This document shows, one piece after another, positions 1 to 8,842 of a stretch of DNA of 30,384 nt. Location: positions 1 to 30,384 of the forward strand of contig JAXJSX010000105.1 of the NCBI GenBank assembly GCA_036309925.1, in the 5' to 3' direction. The stretch's first letter is position 1, and each line of letters opens with the position of its first letter. The translations under genes were made by a program, and so were the position numbers. The DNA is from Acutalibacteraceae bacterium (lineage in GTDB: Bacteria > Bacillota > Clostridia > Oscillospirales > Acutalibacteraceae). Below the pieces are notes generated by a model. That model was not told where the DNA came from. It saw nothing but the letters and a program-made list of their open reading frames with translations, and did no database searches.

Positions 1-2
1 CA

Positions 3-440
3 CAGGTAGTTAGCAGAAAAGATTTTAATAGCGCTGAAAGCTTTTGTGATGAACTTTTAAAAATGGTTAAAGAAAAGGATATTTCTCTCATTGTCCTTGC
101 AGGATTTTTGAGCATTTTAAAAGGCGATTTATTAAAAGAATACGAAAACCGAATTATAAATGTTCACCCAAGCCTTATCCCGTCTTTCTGCGGTGACGGT
201 TTTTACGGACTTAAAGTCCACGAAAGCGCACTTGAATACGGTGTTAAGGTCACAGGTGCTACCGTTCATTTTGTAAACGATATCACCGACGGCGGTAAAA
301 TTATTCTGCAAAAGGCAGTAGAAATCAAAGACGGTGATACACCCGAAATTCTGCAAAAACGCGTAATGGAACAAGCAGAATGGAAGTTACTGCCGCAAGC
401 AGTAAAAATGCTGTGTGAAAAAATGGAGGAAGTAAAATGA
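3..440 (+). CDS. purN: Phosphoribosylglycinamide formyltransferase, 5'-truncated by the window edge
   Basis: Frame is open from base 3 (QVVSRKDF...). Motifs VLAGF, INVHPSLIP, TGATVHFV and DGGKII. Lies in a purine operon. Confidence 0.95.
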   Translation, partial: QVVSRKDFNSAESFCDELLKMVKEKDISLIVLAGFLSILKGDLLKEYENRIINVHPSLIPSFCGDGFYGLKVHESALEYGVKVTGATVHFVNDITDGGKIILQKAVEIKDGDTPEILQKRVMEQAEWKLLPQAVKMLCEKMEEVK

Positions 441-1150
441 ATTTAATTAACCTTGCAACTGAGTTATCAAACAATACATATCCCGGACGAGGAATCGTTC
501 TCGGACTCACACCCGATGGTAAAAAAGCCGCAATCGGTTATTTTACAATGGGTAGAAGTGTTAACAGCCGTAACCGTATCTTTATCGACAACGGTGATGA
601 CCTCAAAAACGAAGCATTCGATCCGTCAAAACTTGTTGATCCGTCGCTCATCATCTATGCTCCTGTTCGTGTGATGGGCAACAACACAATCGTCACAAAC
701 GGCGACCAGACAGATACAGTCTATGACTTCATTAAAGACGGCAAGTGCTTTGAGGATGCCCTTAGAACTCGCACATTTGAGCCGGATCCGCCGAACTTCA
801 CCCCCCGTATTTCAGGTATGGTTACAGTTGAAAACGGCGAAATGTCATATAAACTTTCAATTTTGAAATCAATGCAAAATAACGAATCTTCTGTACAGAG
901 ATTTTTCTTCGATTATGCACAGCCGATTAGCGGTACAGGCCACTTCATCCACACTTATGACGGTGACGGTGATCCTATCCCGACATTCTCAGGCACTCCG
1001 AAAGAAGTTGCAATCCCGGACGATATTGATACATTCACATCAATCCTTTGGGATAACCTCAACAATGACAATAAGGTTTCACTTTTCACCCGTTATATCG
1101 ACATTGCAACAGGTGAATATGAAACAAGAATTGAAAACAAAAACAAATAA
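437..1150 (+). CDS. purO: Stand-alone IMP cyclohydrolase (PurO-like, Ntn fold)
   Basis: YPGRGI, GRSxNSRNR, IYAP, TNGDQTD and EPDxPNFTPRISG motifs resemble PurO-type enzymes. ATGA overlap with purN; GGAGG RBS. Confidence 0.8.
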   Translation: MNLINLATELSNNTYPGRGIVLGLTPDGKKAAIGYFTMGRSVNSRNRIFIDNGDDLKNEAFDPSKLVDPSLIIYAPVRVMGNNTIVTNGDQTDTVYDFIKDGKCFEDALRTRTFEPDPPNFTPRISGMVTVENGEMSYKLSILKSMQNNESSVQRFFFDYAQPISGTGHFIHTYDGDGDPIPTFSGTPKEVAIPDDIDTFTSILWDNLNNDNKVSLFTRYIDIATGEYETRIENKNK

Positions 1151-1162
1151 GGAGTGTTAAAA

Positions 1163-2335
1163 ATGCAGGAACTCGAATTAAAATACGGTTGCAACCCCAA
1201 CCAAAAGCCTTCAAAAATTTTCATTGAAAACGGTGAACTTCCAATCGAAGTATTAAACGGCAGACCGGGTTACATCAACTTTATGGATGCATTCAATGCC
1301 TGGCAGTTGGTTAAAGAACTCAAAGCCGCAACAGGTTTGCCTGCTGCTGCATCGTTCAAGCACGTAAGCCCTGCAGGTGCCGCAGTTGCAATCCCGATGT
1401 CAGATACATTAAAGAAAATTCATTTTGTCGATGACCTCGAACTTTCCCCGCTCGCAACCGCTTATGCGCGTGCAAGAGGTGCAGACAGAATGTCGTCATA
1501 CGGTGATTTTGCCGCACTTTCCGACATCTGCGATGTTGAAACCGCAAAGGTGCTCCAAAGAGAAGTATCCGATGGTGTCATTGCTCCCGGCTACACAGAT
1601 GAAGCACTTGAAATTCTTAAATCCAAGCGTAAAGGCACATACAACATCATCAAAATTGACGAAAATTATGTTCCTGCTCCGATTGAACATAAACAGGTTT
1701 TTGGCATTACATTTGAACAGGGTAGAAATGAAATCAAGTTCGATAATTCGACATTTGAGAATGTTGTAACCAAAGCAAATAACTACACAGATGAAGCAAA
1801 GCGTGACCTGATTATCGCGCTTATCACCTTAAAATACACTCAGTCAAATTCAGTTTGCTACGCAAAAGACGGCCAGGCTATCGGTATCGGTGCAGGTCAG
1901 CAATCAAGAATTCATTGTACTCGCCTTGCAGGTAACAAAGCAGATTTATGGCATCTTCGTCAGCATCCGCAGGTACTCGCACTCCCGTTTAAAGCAGATA
2001 TCCGCAGACCTGATAGAGATAACACGATTGACGTTTATTTATCAGACGATTATATGGATGTACTCGCTGACGGTGCTTGGCAAAACTTCTTTACAGAGCA
2101 GCCTACTCCCCTCACCCGCGAACAGAAAAGAGAATATCTTGATTCTGTAAGCGGTGTGTCACTCGGATCTGATGCGTTCTTCCCGTTCGGTGATAATATC
2201 GAGCGTGCAAAACGCAGTGGCGTTGAATATATCATTCAGCCGGGCGGATCAATTCGTGATGATAATGTTATCGAAACCTGCGATAAATACGGTATGACAA
2301 TGGCATTCAACGGTGTCCGTCTGTTCCATCACTAA
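1163..2335 (+). CDS. purH: AICAR formyltransferase (PurH C-terminal domain only)
   Basis: Begins at LKYGCNPNQ. Has SFKHVSPAGAA, SSYGDF, SNSVC, GAGQQSRIHC, SDAFFPF, QPGGSIRD and RLFHH. No N-terminal cyclohydrolase domain. ATG 1163 follows an AGGAG RBS. Confidence 0.92.
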   Translation: MQELELKYGCNPNQKPSKIFIENGELPIEVLNGRPGYINFMDAFNAWQLVKELKAATGLPAAASFKHVSPAGAAVAIPMSDTLKKIHFVDDLELSPLATAYARARGADRMSSYGDFAALSDICDVETAKVLQREVSDGVIAPGYTDEALEILKSKRKGTYNIIKIDENYVPAPIEHKQVFGITFEQGRNEIKFDNSTFENVVTKANNYTDEAKRDLIIALITLKYTQSNSVCYAKDGQAIGIGAGQQSRIHCTRLAGNKADLWHLRQHPQVLALPFKADIRRPDRDNTIDVYLSDDYMDVLADGAWQNFFTEQPTPLTREQKREYLDSVSGVSLGSDAFFPFGDNIERAKRSGVEYIIQPGGSIRDDNVIETCDKYGMTMAFNGVRLFHH

Positions 2336-2347
2336 TCGGAGGGCAAC

Positions 2348-3622
2348 ATGAACATTTTAATGATTGGTTCGGGCGGCAGAGAACACGCTTTAGTTAAGCA
2401 GTTTAAAAAGTCCGAAAAGATTGAAAAAATCTACTGCGCACCTGGCAACGGCGGTATTTCATTTGATGCTGAAAATGTTGCAATTCCTGTAACCGATAAA
2501 AAGGGAATTGTTGAATTTGCGAAAACTAATAACATTGATATGGTTTTTGTCGCACCTGATGATCCGCTTGCTGACGGCATGGTGGACGATTTAGAGTCTG
2601 CGGGTGTGCGTGCTTTCGGTCCGAATGCAGCGGCTGCAAGAATTGAAGCAAGTAAGGTTTTTTCAAAAAATCTTATGAAAAAATATGGTATTCCAACTGC
2701 GGATTACAATGTTTTCTCCGATTCTGCGACTGCTATCAATTATATCCGTGAAAACGATACATACCCGATCGTTGTTAAGGCGGACGGCTTGGCACTGGGC
2801 AAAGGTGTTATCATTGCAAACGATTACAATGAAGCAGTTGATGCTGTAAACAGCATTATGGAAGATAAAATCTTCGGTAAAAGCGGTAATAATATCGTTG
2901 TTGAAGAATTTATCACAGGCCCGGAAGTGTCAGTACTCAGCTTTTGTGACGGCAAAACCGTCAAACCTATGGTTTCTTCAATGGACCATAAACGCATTTT
3001 TGATGGTAACAAAGGCCCGAATACAGGTGGTATGGGTACAATCAGCCCAAATCCGTATTATTCAGACGAAATGGCTGAAATCTGTATGAAAACCATTTTT
3101 GAGCCAACCGTCAAGGCTATGGCAGATGAAGGTTGCCCGTTTAAAGGTTGCCTTTATTTCGGACTTATGCTCACTAAAGACGGCCCGAAAGTTATCGAAT
3201 ATAACTCCCGTTTTGGTGATCCCGAAACACAGGTTGTTTTACCTCGCCTTAAAACCGATTTATGCGATATTTGTGACGCAGTAATTGACGGAACACTCGA
3301 TAAACTGAACATCGAGTGGTCAGATGATGCTTGCGCTTGCGTTGTACTCGCATCGGGCGGTTATCCCGGCAGTTATGAAAAGGGCAAGGTTATAAGCGGT
3401 CTTGATGAAAACGGACAGGCTGACAATGTAACCGTATACCACGCAGGAACTGCTGTGAAAGACGGTGAAATCATCACCGCAGGCGGTCGAGTGCTTGGTA
3501 TCACAGCACTTGGCAATACACTTGAAGACGCACTCAAAACCGCATACGCCGCAGTTGAGAAGATCACATTCGACGGCGTACAATACCGCAAAGATATCGG
3601 CACAGTCGAGTGGAAACAATAA
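2348..3622 (+). CDS. purD: Phosphoribosylamine--glycine ligase
   Basis: GSGGREHA, APGNGG, KADGLALGKGV, GPNTGGMG, EYNSRFGDPETQ and GGRVL motifs. Confidence 0.97.
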   Translation: MNILMIGSGGREHALVKQFKKSEKIEKIYCAPGNGGISFDAENVAIPVTDKKGIVEFAKTNNIDMVFVAPDDPLADGMVDDLESAGVRAFGPNAAAARIEASKVFSKNLMKKYGIPTADYNVFSDSATAINYIRENDTYPIVVKADGLALGKGVIIANDYNEAVDAVNSIMEDKIFGKSGNNIVVEEFITGPEVSVLSFCDGKTVKPMVSSMDHKRIFDGNKGPNTGGMGTISPNPYYSDEMAEICMKTIFEPTVKAMADEGCPFKGCLYFGLMLTKDGPKVIEYNSRFGDPETQVVLPRLKTDLCDICDAVIDGTLDKLNIEWSDDACACVVLASGGYPGSYEKGKVISGLDENGQADNVTVYHAGTAVKDGEIITAGGRVLGITALGNTLEDALKTAYAAVEKITFDGVQYRKDIGTVEWKQ

Positions 3623-3628
3623 GTGGTT

Positions 3629-3661
3629 ATGAAAACCGTGTTCGAACGGTTTTCATTTTTT
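3629..3661 (+). terminator. Intrinsic terminator after purD
   Basis: ATGAAAACCGT-gttcga-ACGGTTTTCAT stem followed by a T run. Confidence 0.85.
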
Positions 3662-3700
3662 ATGTGATTGTGGCATACCTTTAAAATACGGAGGTGTGTT

Positions 3701-4393
3701 ATGAAACTGCTTATTTCTTTTGTAATATGTATTGCTGTTTTCTTTTGCGGTTGCGAAACTCAAAATACCGCTTCAAATATAGTCGCAGGCGATATTCCCA
3801 AAATAGTACTTGACGCAGGACACGGCGGTGTTGACGGCGGTGCGGTATCGTCTGACGGCAGTTTGGAAAAGGACTTGAATTTACAATTTACAATGATTGC
3901 GGTTGATTTATTCAAATTTTTAGGTTATAATGTAGTTACAACACGCACTGATGACCGTTCAATTCACGATGACGGTTGTGATACCATCCGTGAGAAAAAA
4001 GTCAGCGATATTCATAACAGACTCTCGATTATCAATGAAAACGATATTGACTTTGCAATCAGTTTTCATCAAAATATGTACAGTCAGTCAAAATACCGCG
4101 GTACACAAGTATTTTACGGTCGACTTAATTCTTTTTCGGAACCGCTTGCAAAATCGGTGCAAGAATCAGTTAAACAGATGATTCAACCCGAAAATACACG
4201 GCAAGTCAAAAAAGGCGAGAAAAGTATATATCTGCTTTATCACTCGGAAAAACCGATGATTTTAGTTGAATGTGGCTTTATGTCTAATTATGATGAACTT
4301 GCCCTTATCAAAACTGCGGAATATCAAAAGAAACTCTGCTTTGCCGTTTTGTGCGGAGTAGTAGATTGTAATATGGAGAATGAAAATGGCTAA
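3701..4393 (+). CDS. cwlD: N-acetylmuramoyl-L-alanine amidase (Amidase_3), CwlD-like
   Basis: LDAGHGGxDGGA, EKDLNL, SFHQN, GTQVFY and LVECGFMSN motifs. Hydrophobic N-terminus with a lipobox-like FCGC. GGAGG RBS before ATG 3701. The symbol is tentative. Confidence 0.8.
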   Translation: MKLLISFVICIAVFFCGCETQNTASNIVAGDIPKIVLDAGHGGVDGGAVSSDGSLEKDLNLQFTMIAVDLFKFLGYNVVTTRTDDRSIHDDGCDTIREKKVSDIHNRLSIINENDIDFAISFHQNMYSQSKYRGTQVFYGRLNSFSEPLAKSVQESVKQMIQPENTRQVKKGEKSIYLLYHSEKPMILVECGFMSNYDELALIKTAEYQKKLCFAVLCGVVDCNMENENG

Positions 4394-5750
4394 ATCAAAA
4401 ATAATATATGTATGTTCTGAGTGTGGTGCAACTGCGTATAAATGGCAGGGCAGATGCGACAGCTGTGGTGAATTTAACACCTTTGAAGAACAAATATCCG
4501 CACCGCAAACAAAACAGATAAAAACTGCAAATATATCGTCACTCTCAGCAACCCCGATAACCAAAATAAGCACTACCGAGGAAAGCAGATATAAAACAGG
4601 TATGAGCGAACTTGATAGAGTGCTTGGTGGCGGTATCGTCAAAGGTTCGCTGATACTTTTATCTGGCGACCCGGGTATCGGTAAATCGACAATACTTTTG
4701 CAAATATGCGAACACCTTTGCAAAGAAAACAATGTGTTATATGTATCGGGAGAGGAATCAGCAAGGCAGATTAAACTCCGTGCAGACAGACTTGGCGTTC
4801 ACTCAGATAACCTGATGATAATGACAGGCAACAACGCAGAAGCGGTCAATACATATATAGAAAATAATAAACCGGGACTTGTTATTATCGACTCAATTCA
4901 AACAATGAGTATATCCGAAATCAGTTCAGTACCGGGAAGTTTAACACAAGTTCGTGAATGTACAAACCTGTTTTTACGTACCGCAAAAACGCTTGAAATT
5001 CCGATTATTATTGTAGGACACGTTAATAAAGACGGTGCGATCGCAGGCCCGAAAGTGCTTGAACATATTGTAGATGCGGTGCTGTATTTTGAAGGCGAAA
5101 AAAGCCTTGCTTGCCGAATTTTGCGTGCTGTAAAGAATCGTTTCGGCTCAACAAACGAAATCGGTATGTTTGAGATGAAAGACAGCGGTATGGCACAAAT
5201 TGAAAACCCGTCGGGTATGCTGATTAGCGGCAGACCGAAAAATGTTCCGGGTACTTGTGTGGCGTGTGTAATGGAAGGCTCCCGTCCGATTTTAGCCGAA
5301 GTGCAAGGATTGGTTGCGGCTTCACCTTTCGGCAACCCGCGTCGTACATCTAACGGCTTTGACTATAACCGAATGAGCCTTATTTTAGCGGTGCTCGAAA
5401 AGCGTGCAGGATATATTTTCTCAAGTTGTGATGCGTATGTAAATGTTGCAGGCGGACTTAAACTTGATGAACCCGCCGCAGATTTACCTACCGCAGTCGC
5501 ACTTATATCAAGCCTTAAAGATGCGGTTATCAATGAAAAGACTGTTGTTTTCGGTGAGATAGGTTTAGCAGGCGAAGTGAGGGCTGTTACGAATGCGGTA
5601 CAGCGCGTGTCTGAAGCCTCTCGTCTTGGATTTGAAAGGTGCGTCATCCCAATCCATAATCTATCAGACATCCCCGAAAAACTCAAAAATTCAATCGAAA
5701 TTATCGGTGTTCGTACTATCCGTAAGGCTTTTGAAGCGAGTGTCAATTAA
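4386..5750 (+). CDS. radA: DNA repair protein RadA/Sms
   Basis: C4 zinc finger (CSEC...CDSC), Walker A GDPGIGKS, KNRFG motif and Lon-like C-terminus. Confidence 0.97.
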   Translation: MAKSKIIYVCSECGATAYKWQGRCDSCGEFNTFEEQISAPQTKQIKTANISSLSATPITKISTTEESRYKTGMSELDRVLGGGIVKGSLILLSGDPGIGKSTILLQICEHLCKENNVLYVSGEESARQIKLRADRLGVHSDNLMIMTGNNAEAVNTYIENNKPGLVIIDSIQTMSISEISSVPGSLTQVRECTNLFLRTAKTLEIPIIIVGHVNKDGAIAGPKVLEHIVDAVLYFEGEKSLACRILRAVKNRFGSTNEIGMFEMKDSGMAQIENPSGMLISGRPKNVPGTCVACVMEGSRPILAEVQGLVAASPFGNPRRTSNGFDYNRMSLILAVLEKRAGYIFSSCDAYVNVAGGLKLDEPAADLPTAVALISSLKDAVINEKTVVFGEIGLAGEVRAVTNAVQRVSEASRLGFERCVIPIHNLSDIPEKLKNSIEIIGVRTIRKAFEASVN

Positions 5751-5900
5751 ATCCACAGTCCGTGCAGTGTTTTTGCACGGACTTTTCTTTTTATAATACG
5801 CGCATATCCCAAACTTTGAACAACTGACAACACTAATTTTGTCAAGAGTACAAATTCCGTCATTCTGATGAACACAGTCAAAAGCGCAGGGAATCATCAT
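5691..5900 (-). CDS. Small Cys-rich protein, DUF1540-like Cys spacing
   Basis: GGAG RBS (plus strand 5906-5909) 5-8 nt before tandem ATGs. Sequence IPCAFDCVHQNDGICTLDKISV...CAYY. Fills an otherwise empty gap. Confidence 0.6.
   Translation of the reverse strand: MMIPCAFDCVHQNDGICTLDKISVVSCSKFGICAYYKKKSPCKNTARTVDLIDTRFKSLTDSTNTDNFD
5757..5792 (+). terminator. Intrinsic terminator after radA
   Basis: AGTCCGTGCA-7 nt-TGCACGGACT followed by TTTCTTTTT. Confidence 0.85.
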
Positions 5901-5978
5901 TTCATCTCCGATTTAAAAAGTATTATAATACGGGTAATATTATTTGAAATTTTGCTCAAAATAATTCAGGTGATATTA

Positions 5979-6833
5979 ATGAAATTAAATAGAAAATTAT
6001 GTTTGTTTGCATATATGGGACTTGTATTTTGCGCATCGGTAATAGCGTCAGAAACTGTGTTTAAACCGATAACAGTTGAAACTGCAACCGCATATGAGGA
6101 TAAATTAACTGAAACTGTTACCGCAAACGGTGTTATAACAAAGGGAGTTACCTTTACCCAAACGGCTGACAGCGACTTTATAATTGAAGAATTTACTGTT
6201 TCAATAGGTGATTTTGTAAACGAGGGCGATTTAATTTTTATCACCGCTAATGATGAAGAAGTCGTATCAGAATATACGGGTACGGTGTGCGAAATCCCTA
6301 TAATGAACGAAGTGTATAAAGGTCAGACGATTTTGAGTTTGATCGACATAAATACCCTCACTGCTACTGTGAATGTAAACGAAACCTATGCCTCACAAAT
6401 TAAAAAAGGACAGTCGGTTATCGTAACAGGAAACGGTTTTAAAAATACTGAATATAAAGGAACGATCCAATCTATCGGGGCACAAGCAATATCTACAACG
6501 GGAACTGCAGTTTGTGTACCTGTGACAGTTGAATTTGAAAAGCCTGATAAAAACCTCAAGCCGAATTTCACAGTTAAAGCAAAAATTGATGTCAGTAACG
6601 AAAACACAGCAATCTATATCCCACAGTCTGCAATCGTGAACTCAGGGAGCGGTGAATATGTCTATGTTGTAAACGAAAACACCGCAAACCGCCGTTCAGT
6701 TGAGAGTGTATATAATACAAACGGCGTGTGCATCACTAAAGGACTGAATGTTGGCGAGCAGGTTGTTTTAAATGCAGATGTATTTTCAGACAATACCGAA
6801 AGTGTGAGTGTTTATGTAAAGGCGGTAAAATAG
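5979..6833 (+). CDS. Efflux adaptor / membrane-fusion protein (HlyD/MacA/YknX-like)
   Basis: N-terminal hydrophobic anchor, lipoyl-like VSIGDFVNEGD, VNETYASQIKKGQ, LKPNF, IPQSAI and GLNVGEQVV. AGGTGA RBS before ATG 5979. Confidence 0.8.
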   Translation: MKLNRKLCLFAYMGLVFCASVIASETVFKPITVETATAYEDKLTETVTANGVITKGVTFTQTADSDFIIEEFTVSIGDFVNEGDLIFITANDEEVVSEYTGTVCEIPIMNEVYKGQTILSLIDINTLTATVNVNETYASQIKKGQSVIVTGNGFKNTEYKGTIQSIGAQAISTTGTAVCVPVTVEFEKPDKNLKPNFTVKAKIDVSNENTAIYIPQSAIVNSGSGEYVYVVNENTANRRSVESVYNTNGVCITKGLNVGEQVVLNADVFSDNTESVSVYVKAVK

Positions 6834-7993
6834 TGTTTAGTATATTTAAATTTTCACTAAAAGGCTTTGCACACAAAAAAGCAAGAACTGTTTTATCCGT
6901 TTTGGGCGTTGCGGTATCATCTGCATCACTTATGATAATTTCGGTGTTAGCATCAGTCGGTACACAGTCTGTCAACGCAGAACTCGACAGTATGGGACTT
7001 CGAGGAATTTCGGTTGAAAGCGGTGAAATTTTAGATGAAAGTGCCCTTGAAATAATATCAAAAATAGATGGTGTAGAATGTGCGACACCTGTGCTTGGAC
7101 TGTACGGCAGTGTCGGCAATTCGAGCGAAAGTAGGAGTGCGTATATCTGGGGGATTGATGAATACGCAGAAACTGTAATATCGGCGGAAACCGTTTTCGG
7201 TAGAGCAGTTGAAAAATCTGATATTGTGGCTATGAGCGATGTCTGTTTAATAGACAGAAAACTATCAAAAGAACTTTTTGGAGTTGAGAACTCAGTAGGG
7301 GAAAGTGTTGTTTTAAATTTCGGTGCAACATCCGCTGAATATGAAATAGTCGGTATATGTGAGTCGGATAGCGGAATTTTGAAAAGCGTTTCAGGTACGC
7401 TTGCGCCATATTTTGTGTACGCACCCTATACATCGGTAAGACTTGCACAAAACAGCGCAGGATTTGGTTGGATTGCAGTGAGAGCCAATCAAACTAATAC
7501 GGACGAAGTCTGTTCAGCAATATCAAACGCATTTAAAGCAGAGCAAATGTCGGTTACAGTCGAAGATGTATCATCACAACGAGCGGTACTTGACAATCTC
7601 CTTTCAATAGTGACTGTTATCCTTGCTGCAATCGGAGCGGTATCGTTGGTTGTATCGGGACTGTCAATTATGACGGTTATGTTGACATCTGTCGGCGAGC
7701 GGACTGTCGAAATCGGTATAAAAAAGGCAATCGGTGCAAGAAGTAGGGCAATATTGTCGGAATTTCTGTTAGAGGCATTGACTATTTCGCTTTTCGGCGG
7801 TATAATCGGTAGTGTACTCGGTATGATAATCAGCGCCACGGTATCATATTTTGTGCTTGGTGTAATAAGTTTCAGTGTAAAAACTTTTTTGTTGTGTGTC
7901 GGAATATCTGCGCTTATCGGCACATTGTTCGGCAGTTACCCTGCGTATAAAGCATCTAAACTCAAACCTGTTGATGCACTAAATTCCGATTAA
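6833..7993 (+). CDS. ABC transporter permease, MacB/FtsX family (YknZ-like)
   Basis: One N-terminal TM helix, a large extracytoplasmic domain, SVGERTVEIGIKKAIGA, three C-terminal TM helices and YPAYKASKLKPVDAL. GTG start overlaps the upstream TAG. Confidence 0.9.
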   Translation: MFSIFKFSLKGFAHKKARTVLSVLGVAVSSASLMIISVLASVGTQSVNAELDSMGLRGISVESGEILDESALEIISKIDGVECATPVLGLYGSVGNSSESRSAYIWGIDEYAETVISAETVFGRAVEKSDIVAMSDVCLIDRKLSKELFGVENSVGESVVLNFGATSAEYEIVGICESDSGILKSVSGTLAPYFVYAPYTSVRLAQNSAGFGWIAVRANQTNTDEVCSAISNAFKAEQMSVTVEDVSSQRAVLDNLLSIVTVILAAIGAVSLVVSGLSIMTVMLTSVGERTVEIGIKKAIGARSRAILSEFLLEALTISLFGGIIGSVLGMIISATVSYFVLGVISFSVKTFLLCVGISALIGTLFGSYPAYKASKLKPVDALNSD

Positions 7994-8005
7994 GGCGGTG
8001 TGTTT

Positions 8006-8728
8006 ATGATTATGAAATTTCCGCTGTTGCCCAAAAAAGATGTAATTTGCGGTATAGCGAATTTTGAATGTCCCGACCTTTGCAAAATTGATGTTATTAA
8101 AGTTTACAAAAACAAAAATATCTCCTCGCCTGTATCATCTCACGCGGATGTAAATGTGTGCTATATAGGTAACGGGGATGTTTTCGTTGCGTGTGAGCAA
8201 CAACATTTAGCGCAGGAACTTGAAAAACTCGGCTTGAATGTAATTTCAATAAAAAAGGAAATGAATAACGATTATCCGTCTGACAGCCTTTTGAATGTCG
8301 CAGTTTTCGGGAATACGGCGATTTTAAATCCAAAAACCGTTTGCGATGAACTGTTAAATACCTTAAAAAACCGCAACTTTAAAATCATCGAAGTTAATCA
8401 AGGCTACAGTAAATGCTCGATTTTGCCTGTGAGTGACAATGCAATCATCACAACTGACAGGGTGATAAGCGATAAATGCAAGCAAACCGGAATTGACGCT
8501 TTACTTGTCACCACTGACGGTATCTGTTTGAACGGCTATGACTGCGGGTTTATAGGCGGTTGCGGTGGACTTATTTCAAAAGATAAAATGCTTTTTTTCG
8601 GTGATATTGATAAACACCCTGACAGCGATAAAATTTGTGAATTTCTAAATAATTACAATATTAAAGTTATAAAAACCTGTGGTGATCTAACAGATTACGG
8701 CTCATTTATTCCTATTTGTGAAGTTTAA
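8006..8728 (+). CDS. DUF6873-like protein (predicted guanidino-modifying-enzyme fold), function unknown
   Basis: SHAD, YPxDxxLN, VNQGYSKCS, ITTD, GYDCGFIGGCGG, HPD and LTDYGS motifs recalled from this clostridial family. Confidence 0.7.
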   Translation: MIMKFPLLPKKDVICGIANFECPDLCKIDVIKVYKNKNISSPVSSHADVNVCYIGNGDVFVACEQQHLAQELEKLGLNVISIKKEMNNDYPSDSLLNVAVFGNTAILNPKTVCDELLNTLKNRNFKIIEVNQGYSKCSILPVSDNAIITTDRVISDKCKQTGIDALLVTTDGICLNGYDCGFIGGCGGLISKDKMLFFGDIDKHPDSDKICEFLNNYNIKVIKTCGDLTDYGSFIPICEV

Positions 8729-8757
8729 AATAAACTTAAAATTTGCTAAAATAATTG

Positions 8758-8786
8758 TTGACATTGACAAACCTTTGTGCTATAAT
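8758..8786 (+). promoter_or_regulatory. SigmaA promoter of rpsU
   Basis: TTGACA (8758-8763), 17 bp spacer, TATAAT (8781-8786), with an extended -10 TG. Confidence 0.9.
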
Positions 8787-8842
8787 ACTACTTGGACTAT
8801 TTATTAGACCCCTGCATAGCATTGCGGAGGGAGGGAATTGTA

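Noticed and set aside
132..5746. Many 60-156 aa alternative-frame and antisense ORFs over the pur genes, the amidase and radA
   Set aside because: They lie within well-supported genes, show no recognisable motifs and look like codon-bias shadows. The same applies to similar ORFs across the window.
5868..5978. N-terminal extension of the adaptor ORF given in the ORF track
   Set aside because: ATG 5979 has the RBS and is followed by the membrane anchor; the extension overlaps the divergent gene and the promoter region.
8758..8769. Tandem TTGACATTGACA
   Set aside because: Only the first copy has 17 bp spacing to a -10, and no second -10 fits. Treated as part of the rpsU promoter.
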